A DNA stretch of 64,000 nt, taken from Paragordius varius. Its lineage: Eukaryota > Animalia > Nematomorpha. The notes beneath the pieces are model-generated. The model searched no databases. It saw only the letters and a program-made list of their open reading frames with translations, and had not been told where the DNA came from. Shown one piece after another: positions 10,441 to 24,107 of this stretch. Position 1 is the first letter of the stretch; the number at the start of each line of letters is the position of its first letter. The position numbers were made by a program, and so were the translations under genes. The stretch spans positions 4,898,001 to 4,962,000 of the forward strand of contig OZ176055.1 in NCBI GenBank assembly GCA_964247055.1. The letters run 5' to 3'.

Positions 10441-13400
10441 GCATCGTTACAGCAATTAAACTTTACAATTGTAAAAAGCGAAAAGGAATTTATTATTGCA
10501 TATTGCATTATATATAGTTTTAAGACAAGGTTGCATTTTTGCATTAGGTTAAATATTACAATATTTAGATGAAAGAAGTCACAACAAAGTTATATATTTG
10601 CATAAGGTAATCAATGTACAAAATCAGCATGTGTATCATTACATAAACTAGACTTTGCAATTAAAAATAAGCTCTTAGTCACCGCTAGATAAAATACTGT
10701 TTTTACATTCTCTTAGTAAGATTGCATCAAACTATACAGAGAGTTTAACAAACTGTTTCATATTCGATTTATACCGATAATTAAATTAAAATCATGATGC
10801 ATATCATAACATTAACTAGACTTTGCAATTAAAAATCGGCTCTTAGTCACCGCTCGATAAAATTACTATTTTTACATTTCTCTTGTAAGTCTGCATTAAT
10901 CACAGATAATATGACATGCGTATCATTACAGAATTAAACTTTGGAATTAAATATCGGAGATTAGTCACCGTTAAACCATTTAGTGTTTTGACATTCTCTT
11001 AGGAAGTATACATCAAACTATACAGATAGTTTGACAAACTCTTTCATATCCAATTTTGACATAAATCAATGTACAAAATCAGCATGTGTATCATTACATA
11101 AACTAGACTTTGCAATAAAAAATCGGCTCTTAGTCACCGCTAGATAAAATACTGTTTTTACATTCTCTTAGTAAGATTGCATCAAACTATACAGAGAGTT
11201 TAACAAACTGTTTCATATTCGATTTATACCGATAATTAAATTAAAATCATGATGCATATCATAACATTAACTAGACTTTGCAATTAAAAATCGGCTCTTA
11301 GTCACCGCTCGATAAAATTACTATTTTTACATTTCTCTTGTAAGTCTGCATTAATCACAGATAATATGACATGCGTATCATTACAGAATTAAACTTTGGA
11401 ATTAAATATCGGAGATTAGTCACGGTTAAACCATTTAGTGTTTTGACATTCTCTTAGGAAGTATACATCAAACTATACAGATAGTTTGACAAACTCTTTC
11501 ATATCCAATTTTGACATAAATCAATGTACAAAACAGCATACATTTCTTTTGGTAAGACTGCATTAATCACAAATAATATGACATGCGTATCATTACAAAA
11601 TTAAACTTTGGAATTAAATATCGGATATTAGACACCGTTGGACCATTTAGTGTTTTGACATTCTCTTAGTAAGTTGTCATCAAACTATACAGATAGTTTG
11701 ACAAACTCTTTCATATCCAATTTTGACATAAATCAATGTACAAAACAGCATACATTTCTTTTGGTAAGACTGCATTAATCACAAATAATATGACATGCAT
11801 ATCATTACAAAATTAAACTTTGGAATTAAATATCGGATATTAGACACCGTTGGACCATTTAGTGTTTTGACATTCTCTTAGTAAGTTTACATCAAACTAT
11901 ACAGATAGTTTGACAAACTCTTTCATATCCAATTTTGACATAAATCAATGTACAAAATCAGCATGTGTATCATTACAAAAACTCGACTTTGCGATTAAAA
12001 ATCGGCTCTTAGCCACCGCTAGATAAAATTATTATTTTTACATTTCTTTTGGTAAGACTGCATTAATCACAAATAATATGACATGCGTATCATTACAGAA
12101 TTAAACTTTGGAATTAAATATCGGATATTAGACACCGTTGGATCATTTAGTGTTTTAACATTCTCTTAGGAAGTATACATCAAACTATACAGATAGTTTG
12201 ACAAACTCTTTCATATCCAATTTTAGCATAAATCAATGTATATCAGCATGTGTATCATTACATAAACTCGACGTTGCGATTAAAAATCGGCTCTTAGCCA
12301 CCGCTAAATAAAATTAATATTTTTACATTTCTTTTGGTAAGACTGCATTAATCACAGATAATATGACATGCGTATCATTACAAAATTAAACTTTGGAATT
12401 AAATATCGGATATTAGTCACTGTTAAACCATTTAGTGTTTTGACATTCTCTTAGGAAGTATACATCAAACTATACAGATAGTTTAACAAACTGTTTCATA
12501 TTCGATTTTTACCGATAATTAAATTAAAATCATGATGCATATCATAACATTAACTGGACTTTGCAATTAAAAATCGGCTCTTAGTCACCGCTCGATAAAA
12601 TTACTATTTTTACATTTCTCTTGTAAGTCTGCATTAATCACAGATAATATGACATGCGTATCATTACAGAATTAAACTTTGGAATTAAATATTGGAGATT
12701 AGTCACGGTTAAACCATTTAGTGTTTTGACATTCTCTTAGGAAGTATACATCAAACTATACAGATAGTTTGACAAACTCTTTCATATCCAATTTTGACAT
12801 AAATCAATGTACAAAACAGCATACATTTCTTTTGGTAAGACTGCATTAATCACAAATAATATGACATGCGTATCATTACAAAATTAAACTTTGGAATTAA
12901 ATATCGGATATTAGACACCGTTGGACCATTTAGTGTTTTGACATTCTCTTAGTAAGTTTACATCAAACTATACAGATAGTTTGACAAACTCTTTCATATC
13001 CAATTTTGACATAAATTAATGTACAAAATCAGCATGTGTATCATTACATAAACTAGACTTTGCGATTAAAAATCGGCTCTTAGTCACCGCTAGATAAAAT
13101 TACTATTTTTACATTTTTCTTGGTAAGACTGCATCGTTACAGCAATTAAACTTTACAATTGTAAAAAGCGAAAAGGAATTTATTATTGCATATTGCATTA
13201 TATATAGTTTTAAGACAAGGTTGCATTTTTGCATTAGGTTAAATATTACAATATTTAGATGAAAGAAGTCACAACAAAGTTATATATTTGCATAAGGTAA
13301 TCAATGTACAAAATCAGCATGTGTATCATTACATAAACTAGACTTTGCAATTAAAAATAGGCTCTTAGTCACCGCTAGATAAAATACTGTTTTTACATTC

Positions 13401-16400
13401 TCTTAGTAAGATTGAATCAAACTATACAGAGAGTTTAACAAACTGTTTCATATTCAATTTTTACCGATAATTAAATTAAAATCATGATGCATATCATAAC
13501 ATTAACTAGACTTTGCAATTAAAAATCGGCTCTTAGTCACCGCTCGATAAAATTACTATTTTTACATTTCTCTTGTAAGTCTGCATTAATCACAGATAAT
13601 ATGACATGCGTATCATTACAGAATTAAACTTTGGAATTAAATATCGGATATTAGACACCGTTGGACCATTTAGTGTTTTGACATTCTCTTAGGAAGTATA
13701 CATCAAACTATACAGATAGTTTGACAAACTCTTTCATATCCAATTTTGACAAAAATCAATGTACAAAATGGGCATGTGTATCATTACATAAACTCGACTT
13801 TGCGATTAAAAATCGGCTCTTAGCCACCGCTAGATAAAATTATATTTTTACATTTCTTTTGGTAAGACTGCATTAATCACAAATAATATGACATGCGTAT
13901 CATTACAAAATTAAACTTTGGAATTAAATATCGGATATTAGACACACAAATAATATGACATGCGTATCTTTACAGAATTAAAGTTTGGAATTAAATATCG
14001 GATATTAGTCACCGTTAAACCATTTAGTGTTTTGACATTCTCTTAGGAAGTATACATCAAACTATACAGATAGTTTGACAAACTCTTTCATATCCAATTT
14101 TGACATAAATCAATGTACAAAATCAGCATGTGTATCATTACATAAACTAGACTTTGCGATTAAAAATCGGCTCTTAGCTACCGCTAGATAAAATTATTAT
14201 TTTTACATTTCTTTTGGTAAGACTGCATTAATCACAGATAATATGACATGCGTATCATTACAAAATTAAACTTTGGAATTAAATATCGGATATTAGTCGC
14301 CGTTAAACCATTTAGTGTTTTGACATTCTCTTAGGAAGTATACATCAAACTATACAGATAGTTTGACAAACTCTTTCATATCCAATTTTGACATAAATCA
14401 ATGTACAAAACAGCATACATTTCTTTTGGTAAGACTGCATTAATCACAAATAATATGACATGCGTATCATTACAAAATTAAACTTTGGAATTAAATATCG
14501 GATATTAGACACCGTTGGACCATTTAGTGTTTTGACATTCTCTTAGTAAGTTTACATCAAACTATACAGATAGTTTGACAAACTCTTTCATATCCAATTT
14601 TGACATAAATTAATGTACAAAATCAGCATGTGTATCATTACATAAACTAGACTTTGCGATTAAAAATCGGCTCTTAGTCACCGCTAGATAAAATTACTAT
14701 TTTTACATTTTTCTTGGTAAGACTGCATCGTTACAGCAATTAAACTTTACAATTGTAAAAAGCGAAAAGGAATTTATTATTGCATATTGCATTATATATA
14801 GTTTTAAGACAAGGTTGCATTTTTGCATTAGGTTAAATATTACAATATTTAGATGAAAGAAGTCACAACAAAGTTATATATTTGCATAAGGTAATCAATG
14901 TACAAAATCAGCATGTGTATCATTACATAAACTAGACTTTGCAATTAAAAATAGGCTCTTAGTCACCGCTAGATAAAATACTGTTTTTACATTCTCTTAG
15001 TAAGATTGAATCAAACTATACAGAGAGTTTAACAAACTGTTTCATATTCAATTTTTACCGATAATTAAATTAAAATCATGATGCATATCATAACATTAAC
15101 TAGACTTTGCAATTAAAAATCGGCTCTTAGTCACCGCTCGATAAAATTACTATTTTTACATTTCTCTTGTAAGTCTGCATTAATCACAGATAATATGACA
15201 TGCGTATCATTACAGAATTAAACTTTGGAATTAAATATCGGATATTAGACACCGTTGGACCATTTAGTGTTTTGACATTCTCTTAGGAAGTATACATCAA
15301 ACTATACAGATAGTTTGACAAACTCTTTCATATCCAATTTTGACAAAAATCAATGTACAAAATGGGCATGTGTATCATTACATAAACTCGACTTTGCGAT
15401 TAAAAATCGGCTCTTAGCCACCGCTAGATAAAATTATATTTTTACATTTCTTTTGGTAAGACTGCATTAATCACAAATAATATGACATGCGTATCATTAC
15501 AAAATTAAACTTTGGAATTAAATATCGGATATTAGACACACAAATAATATGACATGCGTATCTTTACAGAATTAAAGTTTGGAATTAAATATCGGATATT
15601 AGTCACCGTTAAACCATTTAGTGTTTTGACATTCTCTTAGGAAGTATACATCAAACTATACAGATAGTTTGACAAACTCTTTCATATCCAATTTTGACAT
15701 AAATCAATGTACAAAATCAGCATGTGTATCATTACATAAACTAGACTTTGCGATTAAAAATCGGCTCTTAGCTACCGCTAGATAAAATTATTATTTTTAC
15801 ATTTCTTTTGGTAAGACTGCATTAATCACAGATAATATGACATGCGTATCATTACAAAATTAAACTTTGGAATTAAATATCGGATATTAGTCGCCGTTAA
15901 ACCATTTAGTGTTTTGACATTCTCTTAGGAAGTATACATCAAACTATACAGATAGTTTGACAAACTCTTTCATATCCAATTTTGACATAAATCAATGTAC
16001 AAAATCAGCATGTGTATCATTACATAAACTAGACTTTGCGATTAAAAATCGGCTCTTAGTCACCGCTAGATAAAATTACTATTTTTACATTTTTCTTGGT
16101 AAGACTGCATCGTTACAGCAATTAAACTTTACAATTGTAAAAAGCGAAAAGGAATTTATTATTGCATATTGCATTATATATAGTTTTAAGACAAGGTTGC
16201 ATTTTTGCATTAGGTTAAATATTACAATATTTAGATGAAAGAAGTCACAACAAAGTTATATATTTGCATAAGGTAATCAATGTACAAAATCAGCATGTGT
16301 ATCATTACATAAACTAGACTTTGCAATTAAAAATAAGCTCTTAGTCACCGCTAGATAAAATACTGTTTTTACATTCTCTTAGTAAGATTGCATCAAACTA

Positions 16401-19400
16401 TACAGAGAGTTTAACAAACTGTTTCATATTCGATTTATACCGATAATTAAATTAAAATCATGATGCATATCATAACATTAACTAGACTTTGCAATTAAAA
16501 ATCGGCTCTTAGTCACCGCTCGATAAAATTACTATTTTTACATTTCTCTTGTAAGTCTGCATTAATCACAGATAATATGACATGCGTATCATTACAGAAT
16601 TAAACTTTGGAATTAAATATCGGAGATTAGTCACCGTTAAACCATTTAGTGTTTTGACATTCTCTTAGGAAGTATACATCAAACTATACAGATAGTTTGA
16701 CAAACTCTTTCATATCCAATTTTGACATAAATCAATGTACAAAATCAGCATGTGTATCATTACATAAACTAGACTTTGCAATAAAAAATCGGCTCTTAGT
16801 CACCGCTAGATAAAATACTGTTTTTACATTCTCTTAGTAAGATTGCATCAAACTATACAGAGAGTTTAACAAACTGTTTCATATTCGATTTATACCGATA
16901 ATTAAATTAAAATCATGATGCATATCATAACATTAACTAGACTTTGCAATTAAAAATCGGCTCTTAGTCACCGCTCGATAAAATTACTATTTTTACATTT
17001 CTCTTGTAAGTCTGCATTAATCACAGATAATATGACATGCGTATCATTACAGAATTAAACTTTGGAATTAAATATCGGAGATTAGTCACGGTTAAACCAT
17101 TTAGTGTTTTGACATTCTCTTAGGAAGTATACATCAAACTATACAGATAGTTTGACAAACTCTTTCATATCCAATTTTGACATAAATCAATGTACAAAAC
17201 AGCATACATTTCTTTTGGTAAGACTGCATTAATCACAAATAATATGACATGCGTATCATTACAAAATTAAACTTTGGAATTAAATATCGGATATTAGACA
17301 CCGTTGGACCATTTAGTGTTTTGACATTCTCTTAGTAAGTTGTCATCAAACTATACAGATAGTTTGACAAACTCTTTCATATCCAATTTTGACATAAATC
17401 AATGTACAAAACAGCATACATTTCTTTTGGTAAGACTGCATTAATCACAAATAATATGACATGCGTATCATTACAAAATTAAACTTTGGAATTAAATATC
17501 GGATATTAGACACCGTTGGACCATTTAGTGTTTTGACATTCTCTTAGTAAGTTTACATCAAACTATACAGATAGTTTGACAAACTCTTTCATATCCAATT
17601 TTGACATAAATCAATGTACAAAATCAGCATGTGTATCATTACAAAAACTCGACTTTGCGATTAAAAATCGGCTCTTAGCCACCGCTAGATAAAATTATTA
17701 TTTTTACATTTCTTTTGGTAAGACTGCATTAATCACAAATAATATGACATGCGTATCATTACAGAATTAAACTTTGGAATTAAATATCGGATATTAGACA
17801 CCGTTGGATCATTTAGTGTTTTAACATTCTCTTAGGAAGTATACATCAAACTATACAGATAGTTTGACAAACTCTTTCATATCCAATTTTAGCATAAATC
17901 AATGTATATCAGCATGTGTATCATTACATAAACTCGACGTTGCGATTAAAAATCGGCTCTTAGCCACCGCTAAATAAAATTAATATTTTTACATTTCTTT
18001 TGGTAAGACTGCATTAATCACAGATAATATGACATGCGTATCATTACAAAATTAAACTTTGGAATTAAATATCGGATATTAGTCACTGTTAAACCATTTA
18101 GTGTTTTGACATTCTCTTAGGAAGTATACATCAAACTATACAGATAGTTTAACAAACTGTTTCATATTCGATTTTTACCGATAATTAAATTAAAATCATG
18201 ATGCATATCATAACATTAACTGGACTTTGCAATTAAAAATCGGCTCTTAGTCACCGCTCGATAAAATTACTATTTTTACATTTCTCTTGTAAGTCTGCAT
18301 TAATCACAGATAATATGACATGCGTATCATTACAGAATTAAACTTTGGAATTAAATATTGGAGATTAGTCACGGTTAAACCATTTAGTGTTTTGACATTC
18401 TCTTAGGAAGTATACATCAAACTATACAGATAGTTTGACAAACTCTTTCATATCCAATTTTGACATAAATCAATGTACAAAACAGCATACATTTCTTTTG
18501 GTAAGACTGCATTAATCACAAATAATATGACATGCGTATCATTACAAAATTAAACTTTGGAATTAAATATCGGATATTAGACACCGTTGGACCATTTAGT
18601 GTTTTGACATTCTCTTAGTAAGTTTACATCAAACTATACAGATAGTTTGACAAACTCTTTCATATCCAATTTTGACATAAATTAATGTACAAAATCAGCA
18701 TGTGTATCATTACATAAACTAGACTTTGCGATTAAAAATCGGCTCTTAGTCACCGCTAGATAAAATTACTATTTTTACATTTTTCTTGGTAAGACTGCAT
18801 CGTTACAGCAATTAAACTTTACAATTGTAAAAAGCGAAAAGGAATTTATTATTGCATATTGCATTATATATAGTTTTAAGACAAGGTTGCATTTTTGCAT
18901 TAGGTTAAATATTACAATATTTAGATGAAAGAAGTCACAACAAAGTTATATATTTGCATAAGGTAATCAATGTACAAAATCAGCATGTGTATCATTACAT
19001 AAACTAGACTTTGCAATTAAAAATAGGCTCTTAGTCACCGCTAGATAAAATACTGTTTTTACATTCTCTTAGTAAGATTGAATCAAACTATACAGAGAGT
19101 TTAACAAACTGTTTCATATTCAATTTTTACCGATAATTAAATTAAAATCATGATGCATATCATAACATTAACTAGACTTTGCAATTAAAAATCGGCTCTT
19201 AGTCACCGCTCGATAAAATTACTATTTTTACATTTCTCTTGTAAGTCTGCATTAATCACAGATAATATGACATGCGTATCATTACAGAATTAAACTTTGG
19301 AATTAAATATCGGATATTAGACACCGTTGGACCATTTAGTGTTTTGACATTCTCTTAGGAAGTATACATCAAACTATACAGATAGTTTGACAAACTCTTT

Positions 19401-20179
19401 CATATCCAATTTTGACAAAAATCAATGTACAAAATGGGCATGTGTATCATTACATAAACTCGACTTTGCGATTAAAAATCGGCTCTTAGCCACCGCTAGA
19501 TAAAATTATATTTTTACATTTCTTTTGGTAAGACTGCATTAATCACAAATAATATGACATGCGTATCATTACAAAATTAAACTTTGGAATTAAATATCGG
19601 ATATTAGACACACAAATAATATGACATGCGTATCTTTACAGAATTAAAGTTTGGAATTAAATATCGGATATTAGTCACCGTTAAACCATTTAGTGTTTTG
19701 ACATTCTCTTAGGAAGTATACATCAAACTATACAGATAGTTTGACAAACTCTTTCATATCCAATTTTGACATAAATCAATGTACAAAATCAGCATGTGTA
19801 TCATTACATAAACTAGACTTTGCGATTAAAAATCGGCTCTTAGCTACCGCTAGATAAAATTATTATTTTTACATTTCTTTTGGTAAGACTGCATTAATCA
19901 CAGATAATATGACATGCGTATCATTACAAAATTAAACTTTGGAATTAAATATCGGATATTAGTCGCCGTTAAACCATTTAGTGTTTTGACATTCTCTTAG
20001 GAAGTATACATCAAACTATACAGATAGTTTGACAAACTCTTTCATATCCAATTTTGACATAAATCAATGTACAAAATCAGCATGTGTATCATTACATAAA
20101 CTAGACTTTGCGATTAAAAATCGGCTCTTAGTCACCGCTAGATAAAATTACTATTTTTACATTTTTCTTGGTAAGACTG
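10441..20179 (+). repeat. Higher-order repeats with periods 5666, 4072, 2690, 1594 and 1382 bp
   Basis: E anchors at 10441, 13131, 14725, 16107, 18797 and 20179. The private variant AAGTTGTCAT occurs at 11671 and 17337 (offset 5666), and the GACACACAAAT junction at 13941 and ~15536 (offset ~1594). Confidence 0.8.
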
Positions 20180-21656
20180 CATCGTTACAGCAATTAAACT
20201 TTACAATTGTAAAAAGCGAAAAGGAATTTATTATTGCATATTGCATTATATATAGTTTTAAGACAAGGTTGCATTTTTGCATTAGGTTAAATATTACAAT
20301 ATTTAGATGAAAGAAGTCACAACAAAGTTATATATTTGCATAAGGTAATCAATGTACAAAATCAGCATGTGTATCATTACATAAACTAGACTTTGCAATT
20401 AAAAATAGGCTCTTAGTCACCGCTAGATAAAATACTGTTTTTACATTCTCTTAGTAAGATTGCATCAAACTATACAGAGAGTTTAACAAACTGTTTCATA
20501 TTCGATTTATACCGATAATTAAATTAAAATCATGATGCATATCATAACATTAACTAGACTTTGCAATTAAAAATCGGCTCTTAGTCACCGCTCGATAAAA
20601 TTACTATTTTTACATTTCTCTTGTAAGTCTGCATTAATCACAGATAATATGACATGCGTATCATTACAGAATTAAACTTTGGAATTAAATATCGGAGATT
20701 AGTCACCGTTAAACCATTTAGTGTTTTGACATTCTCTTAGGAAGTATACATCAAACTATACAGATAGTTTGACAAACTCTTTCATATCCAATTTTGACAT
20801 AAATCAATGTACAAAATCAGCATGTGTATCATTACATAAACTAGACTTTGCAATAAAAAATCGGCTCTTAGTCACCGCTAGATAAAACACTGTTTTTACA
20901 TTCTCTTAGTAAGATTGCATCAAACTATACAGAGAGTTTAACAAACTGTTTCATATTCGATTTATACCGATAATTAAATTAAAATCATGATGCATATCAT
21001 AACATTAACTAGACTTTGCAATTAAAAATCGGCTCTTAGTCACCGCTCGATAAAATTACTATTTTTACATTTCTCTTGTAAGTCTGCATTAATCACAGAT
21101 AATATGACATGCGTATCAATACAGAATTAAACTTTGGAATTAAATATCGGAGATTAGTCACGGTTAAACCATTTAGTGTTTTGACATTCTCTTAGGAAGT
21201 ATACATCAAACTCTTTCATATCCAATTTTGACATAAATCAATGTACAAAACAGCATACATTTCTTTTGGTAAGACTGCATTAATCACAAATAATATGACA
21301 TGCGTATCATTACAAAATTAAATTTTGGAATTAAATATCGGATATTAGACACCGTTGGACCATTTAGTGTTTTGACATTCTCTTAGTAAGTTTACATCAA
21401 ACTATACAGATAGTTTGACAAACTCTTTCATATCCAATTTTGACATAAATCAATGTACAAAATCAGCATGTGTATCATTACAAAAACTCGACTTTGCGAT
21501 TAAAAATCGGCTCTTAGTCACCGCTCGATAAAATTACTATTTTTACATTTCTCTTGTAAGTCTGCATTAATCACAGATAATATGACATGCGTATCATTAC
21601 AGAATTAAACTTTGGAATTAAATATCGGAGATTAGTCACCGTTAAACCATTTAGTG

Positions 21657-21696
21657 CAGTGATACTCAAACCGCGGCCCGCGGGCCGCATGCGGCC
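21657..21696 (+). repeat. Left TIR plus GC-rich subterminal palindromes of the hAT element
   Basis: CAGTGATACTCA (21657-21668), a perfect 16-bp palindrome GCGGCCCGCGGGCCGC (21673-21688) and an overlapping 14-bp palindrome GGCCGCATGCGGCC (21683-21696). Confidence 0.9.
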
Positions 21697-22045
21697 TTAA
21701 GTGCTCTTTAAAAATGCACTATGACTGATATTTATTTTTTTTTAAATAATATTTATTTTTTACCCAATTTGAAATGTAGAAAAATTTTCTACATTAAAAT
21801 AATTTTAAAATTTATGATTTATGGGCACATGTTGTTTCTTCTTCTTTTCTTTTTGAAATTTTTATTGCATTTCTTTTTTGTTTTCACCCATTGCACATAC
21901 ATTTCATTATCCTGCATCATTTTTAAAACTCATTCTCATAAAATATTTTCAACTCAATATCATTAAATTTCAACTTGTTTTTTATAGCATAATTCAATTT
22001 ATATTCCTATCTTTTTTACAGAATATTTAAACATAAATTCAAAGG

Positions 22046-23875
22046 ATGACATCTAATGCCAAAAAACGTAAATTATCCGATGAAAATCGCTCCTTTAAAA
22101 AAGAATGGGAAACTAGTTTTTTTGTAGTTTTAAATAACAATGTTGCTACCTGCCTTATATGCAAGGACAATATAATTATAAAAAAATTCAATATTGAAAG
22201 ACATTTTAAAATCCATCATTCTCATAAATTACCAGAAAATCTTGAGGAAAGAAATGAAAAATATAAAAATTTTAAGGAATTATACGAGAAAGAAAAATCT
22301 ATTATGGCCATAGCTTTTTCCCAGGAAAAAGCTGTAACATTAGCTTCGTATGAAATATGCTATATTTTAGGAAAAAATATGAAACCGTTTACTAATTCCC
22401 AACTAATAAAAGAATGTTTAATAAATGGTTGCACTTTTTTATTTGATAAATTCCATAATAAAGATCAAATCATGAGACAAATTAAAAAACTTCAACTTTC
22501 TGATTCAACATGTGCTCGACGCATTGAAGATATGTCTAAATATATTTTTAACAATACATTATTGGCTCTGAAAAATTGCAAATACTTCAGTATTGCAATC
22601 GATTCCAGCACTGATATAAGTTCAACACCTCAATGTGCGCTCTTCGTGAGATTTTGCAACGACAACATAATCAACGAGGAATATTTGAAATTTTTACCAA
22701 TGAATAATACCACAAAAGGCAGTGATTTTCTTGAAGTAATTAGCACCTTTTTCGATAATAATGGTATATCTATGAAAAAATTGGTTTCGATCTGCACAGA
22801 TGGCTGTCCCTCTATGATTGGAATAAACAAAGGGTTTATTTCTCTTTTAAAAAACAAATATAATTTGCAAAATCTATTATCCTTTCACTGCTTTATTCAT
22901 CAGCAAAACTTGGTTTCGCGTGTAAAAGATGAATCACTAAATTTAGTAATTAAAACGGTTGTGGATATAGTTAACTACATCCGTGGCAGAGAATTCAATC
23001 ACCGTAAATTCAAAAACCTCCTGAAAGATATCCACAGTGAGTTTGATGATATTCTTTTGTACACCGCTGTGAGATGGCCAAGCCTTAGCAAAGTATTGAA
23101 TAGATTTTTTGATTTAAGACATGAAATTCTATTATTTATAAAAGATAACAGAAAGTTTGACGAGGAAATTAATAGTGACAAATGGTGGGTTTTATTAGCC
23201 TACCTTTGCGACATTACTTATAAACTTAGTACTTTTAATACAAGTCTTCAAGGGAACAAAATAATAACCCAATTTGCTAATCATATATTTGCTTTTGAAG
23301 AAAAATTAATAATATATAAACAAGATTTTATAGATAAAACACTCCTACATTTTCCAACACTCAAAACGATTCATAAAGAAAATATGGAATTTACCGCGGA
23401 TATTAATTTAATAATAGACAATCATTTAACATTTTTATCTAATGAGATGAAATTCAGATTTCAAGAATTAAAAAATATAAAAAATTGCTTAAAGCTAGTG
23501 GAAAATCCATGGCATATGGATATATCCAACATTAAGCAACTTGAGCTTTTCGGTTTTGATCAGGCGGTTATCATTGAAGAATTCGTTGATTTTAAAAATG
23601 ATTCCAATTTGGAAGCTATATTTAAGGAAAACCGTAGATAAGAAAGATATGTAGAAATTTGGCAAGTTGTGCCAAATAAATATGAAAATATAAAAAAATG
23701 TGCTCAAGTTGTCCTAACTATTTTTCCATCAACTTACACATGTGAGACGGCATATTCAAAAATGAAGTATATTAAGAATACTTACAGAAATCGCTTAACT
23801 AATGATCATATGGACGACGGATTAAGAATGGCCTGCCATGAGGCGAAACCAAATTTGTCAAAAATTATTGGTTAA
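22046..23875 (+). pseudogene. hAT transposase (GTF2IRD2/EPM2AIP1/SPIN-like family), 609 codons interrupted by one in-frame TAA at 23639-23641 (codon 532)
   Basis: ORFs 22046-23641 and 23669-23875 are in the same frame (offset 1623). Motifs: N-terminal KKRK, BED-like CLIC...RHF..HH, D186 (IAIDSSTD), D252 (CTDGCPSM), C282xxH285, R343W344, and E567 in YTCE followed by a C-terminal dimerisation-like SKMKYIKNTYRNRLT. E567 lies downstream of the stop. Confidence 0.93.
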
Positions 23876-23881
23876 TATTAA

Positions 23882-23887
23882 AATAAA
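23882..23887 (+). promoter_or_regulatory. Candidate polyadenylation signal of the transposase transcript
   Basis: AATAAA 7 bp after the natural stop (23873-23875). The context is AT-rich, so a chance match is possible. Confidence 0.4.
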
Positions 23888-24095
23888 TGTTGTTATCTAT
23901 ATATTTTAATTTTTAAAACTAAATGGTACAAAACGAATTTTTAGCTGGATTTACATGCGACCCGCAAAAAATTTATTGTGCTGATTTAAAGTATAAATAT
24001 GTGCGTTGTCAAATAGCTATGGAATATTTGCCATTATAAGCTTCATGGCCCTCGAAAAAAAAATATGTTTTATTTGGCCCGTCAAATTTTTTTGG

Positions 24096-24107
24096 TGAGT
24101 ACCACTG
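24096..24107 (-). repeat. Right TIR of the hAT element
   Basis: TGAGTACCACTG immediately precedes the right TSD. GGCCC motifs lie just inside it (~24047, ~24076). Confidence 0.9.

Larger units (their letters stand above)
2777..21656 (+). repeat. Complex satellite array, left segment, head-to-tail
   Basis: Recurring skeleton TTAG(T/A/C)CACCG...TTTT(G/T)ACATT..TCTT.G.AAG...ATCATTACA.AA.T..ACTTTG..ATTAAA.ATCGG. TTAGTCAC anchors at 10961, 11130, 11298, 11416 and 11628 give spacings of 169, 168, 118 and 212 bp. No ORF of 60 aa or more lies within the array beyond its degenerate first unit. Confidence 0.97.
21657..24107 (+). mobile_element. hAT superfamily DNA transposon, Charlie/Buster (SPIN/TcBuster-like) clade, 2451 bp, full length but with a nonsense mutation
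   Basis: 8-bp TSD ATTTAGTG at 21649-21656 and 24108-24115 with a central TA (Buster-type nnnTAnnn preference). TIRs are CAGTGATACTCA on the left and CAGTGGTACTCA (reverse complement of 24096-24107) on the right, 11/12 identical. The GC-rich subterminal GGCCCGCGGGCC resembles Charlie/MER58-type ends, and an internal hAT transposase frame is present. Confidence 0.96.

Noticed and set aside
21721-21966. 81-aa F/I/L-rich ORF inside the hAT
   Set aside because: It is a translation of the T-rich 5' non-coding region of the element, with no family motif.
23639-23641. TAA read as Gln under a ciliate-type genetic code
   Set aside because: There is only one internal stop in 609 codons, Gln is otherwise encoded mainly by CAA, and the natural terminator is also TAA. 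A point mutation is the simpler explanation.
22630-23707. Three minus-strand ORFs (60-75 aa)
   Set aside because: They are antisense shadows of the transposase frame.
23669-23875. Separate 68-aa gene
   Set aside because: It is the in-frame C-terminus of the transposase beyond the premature stop.
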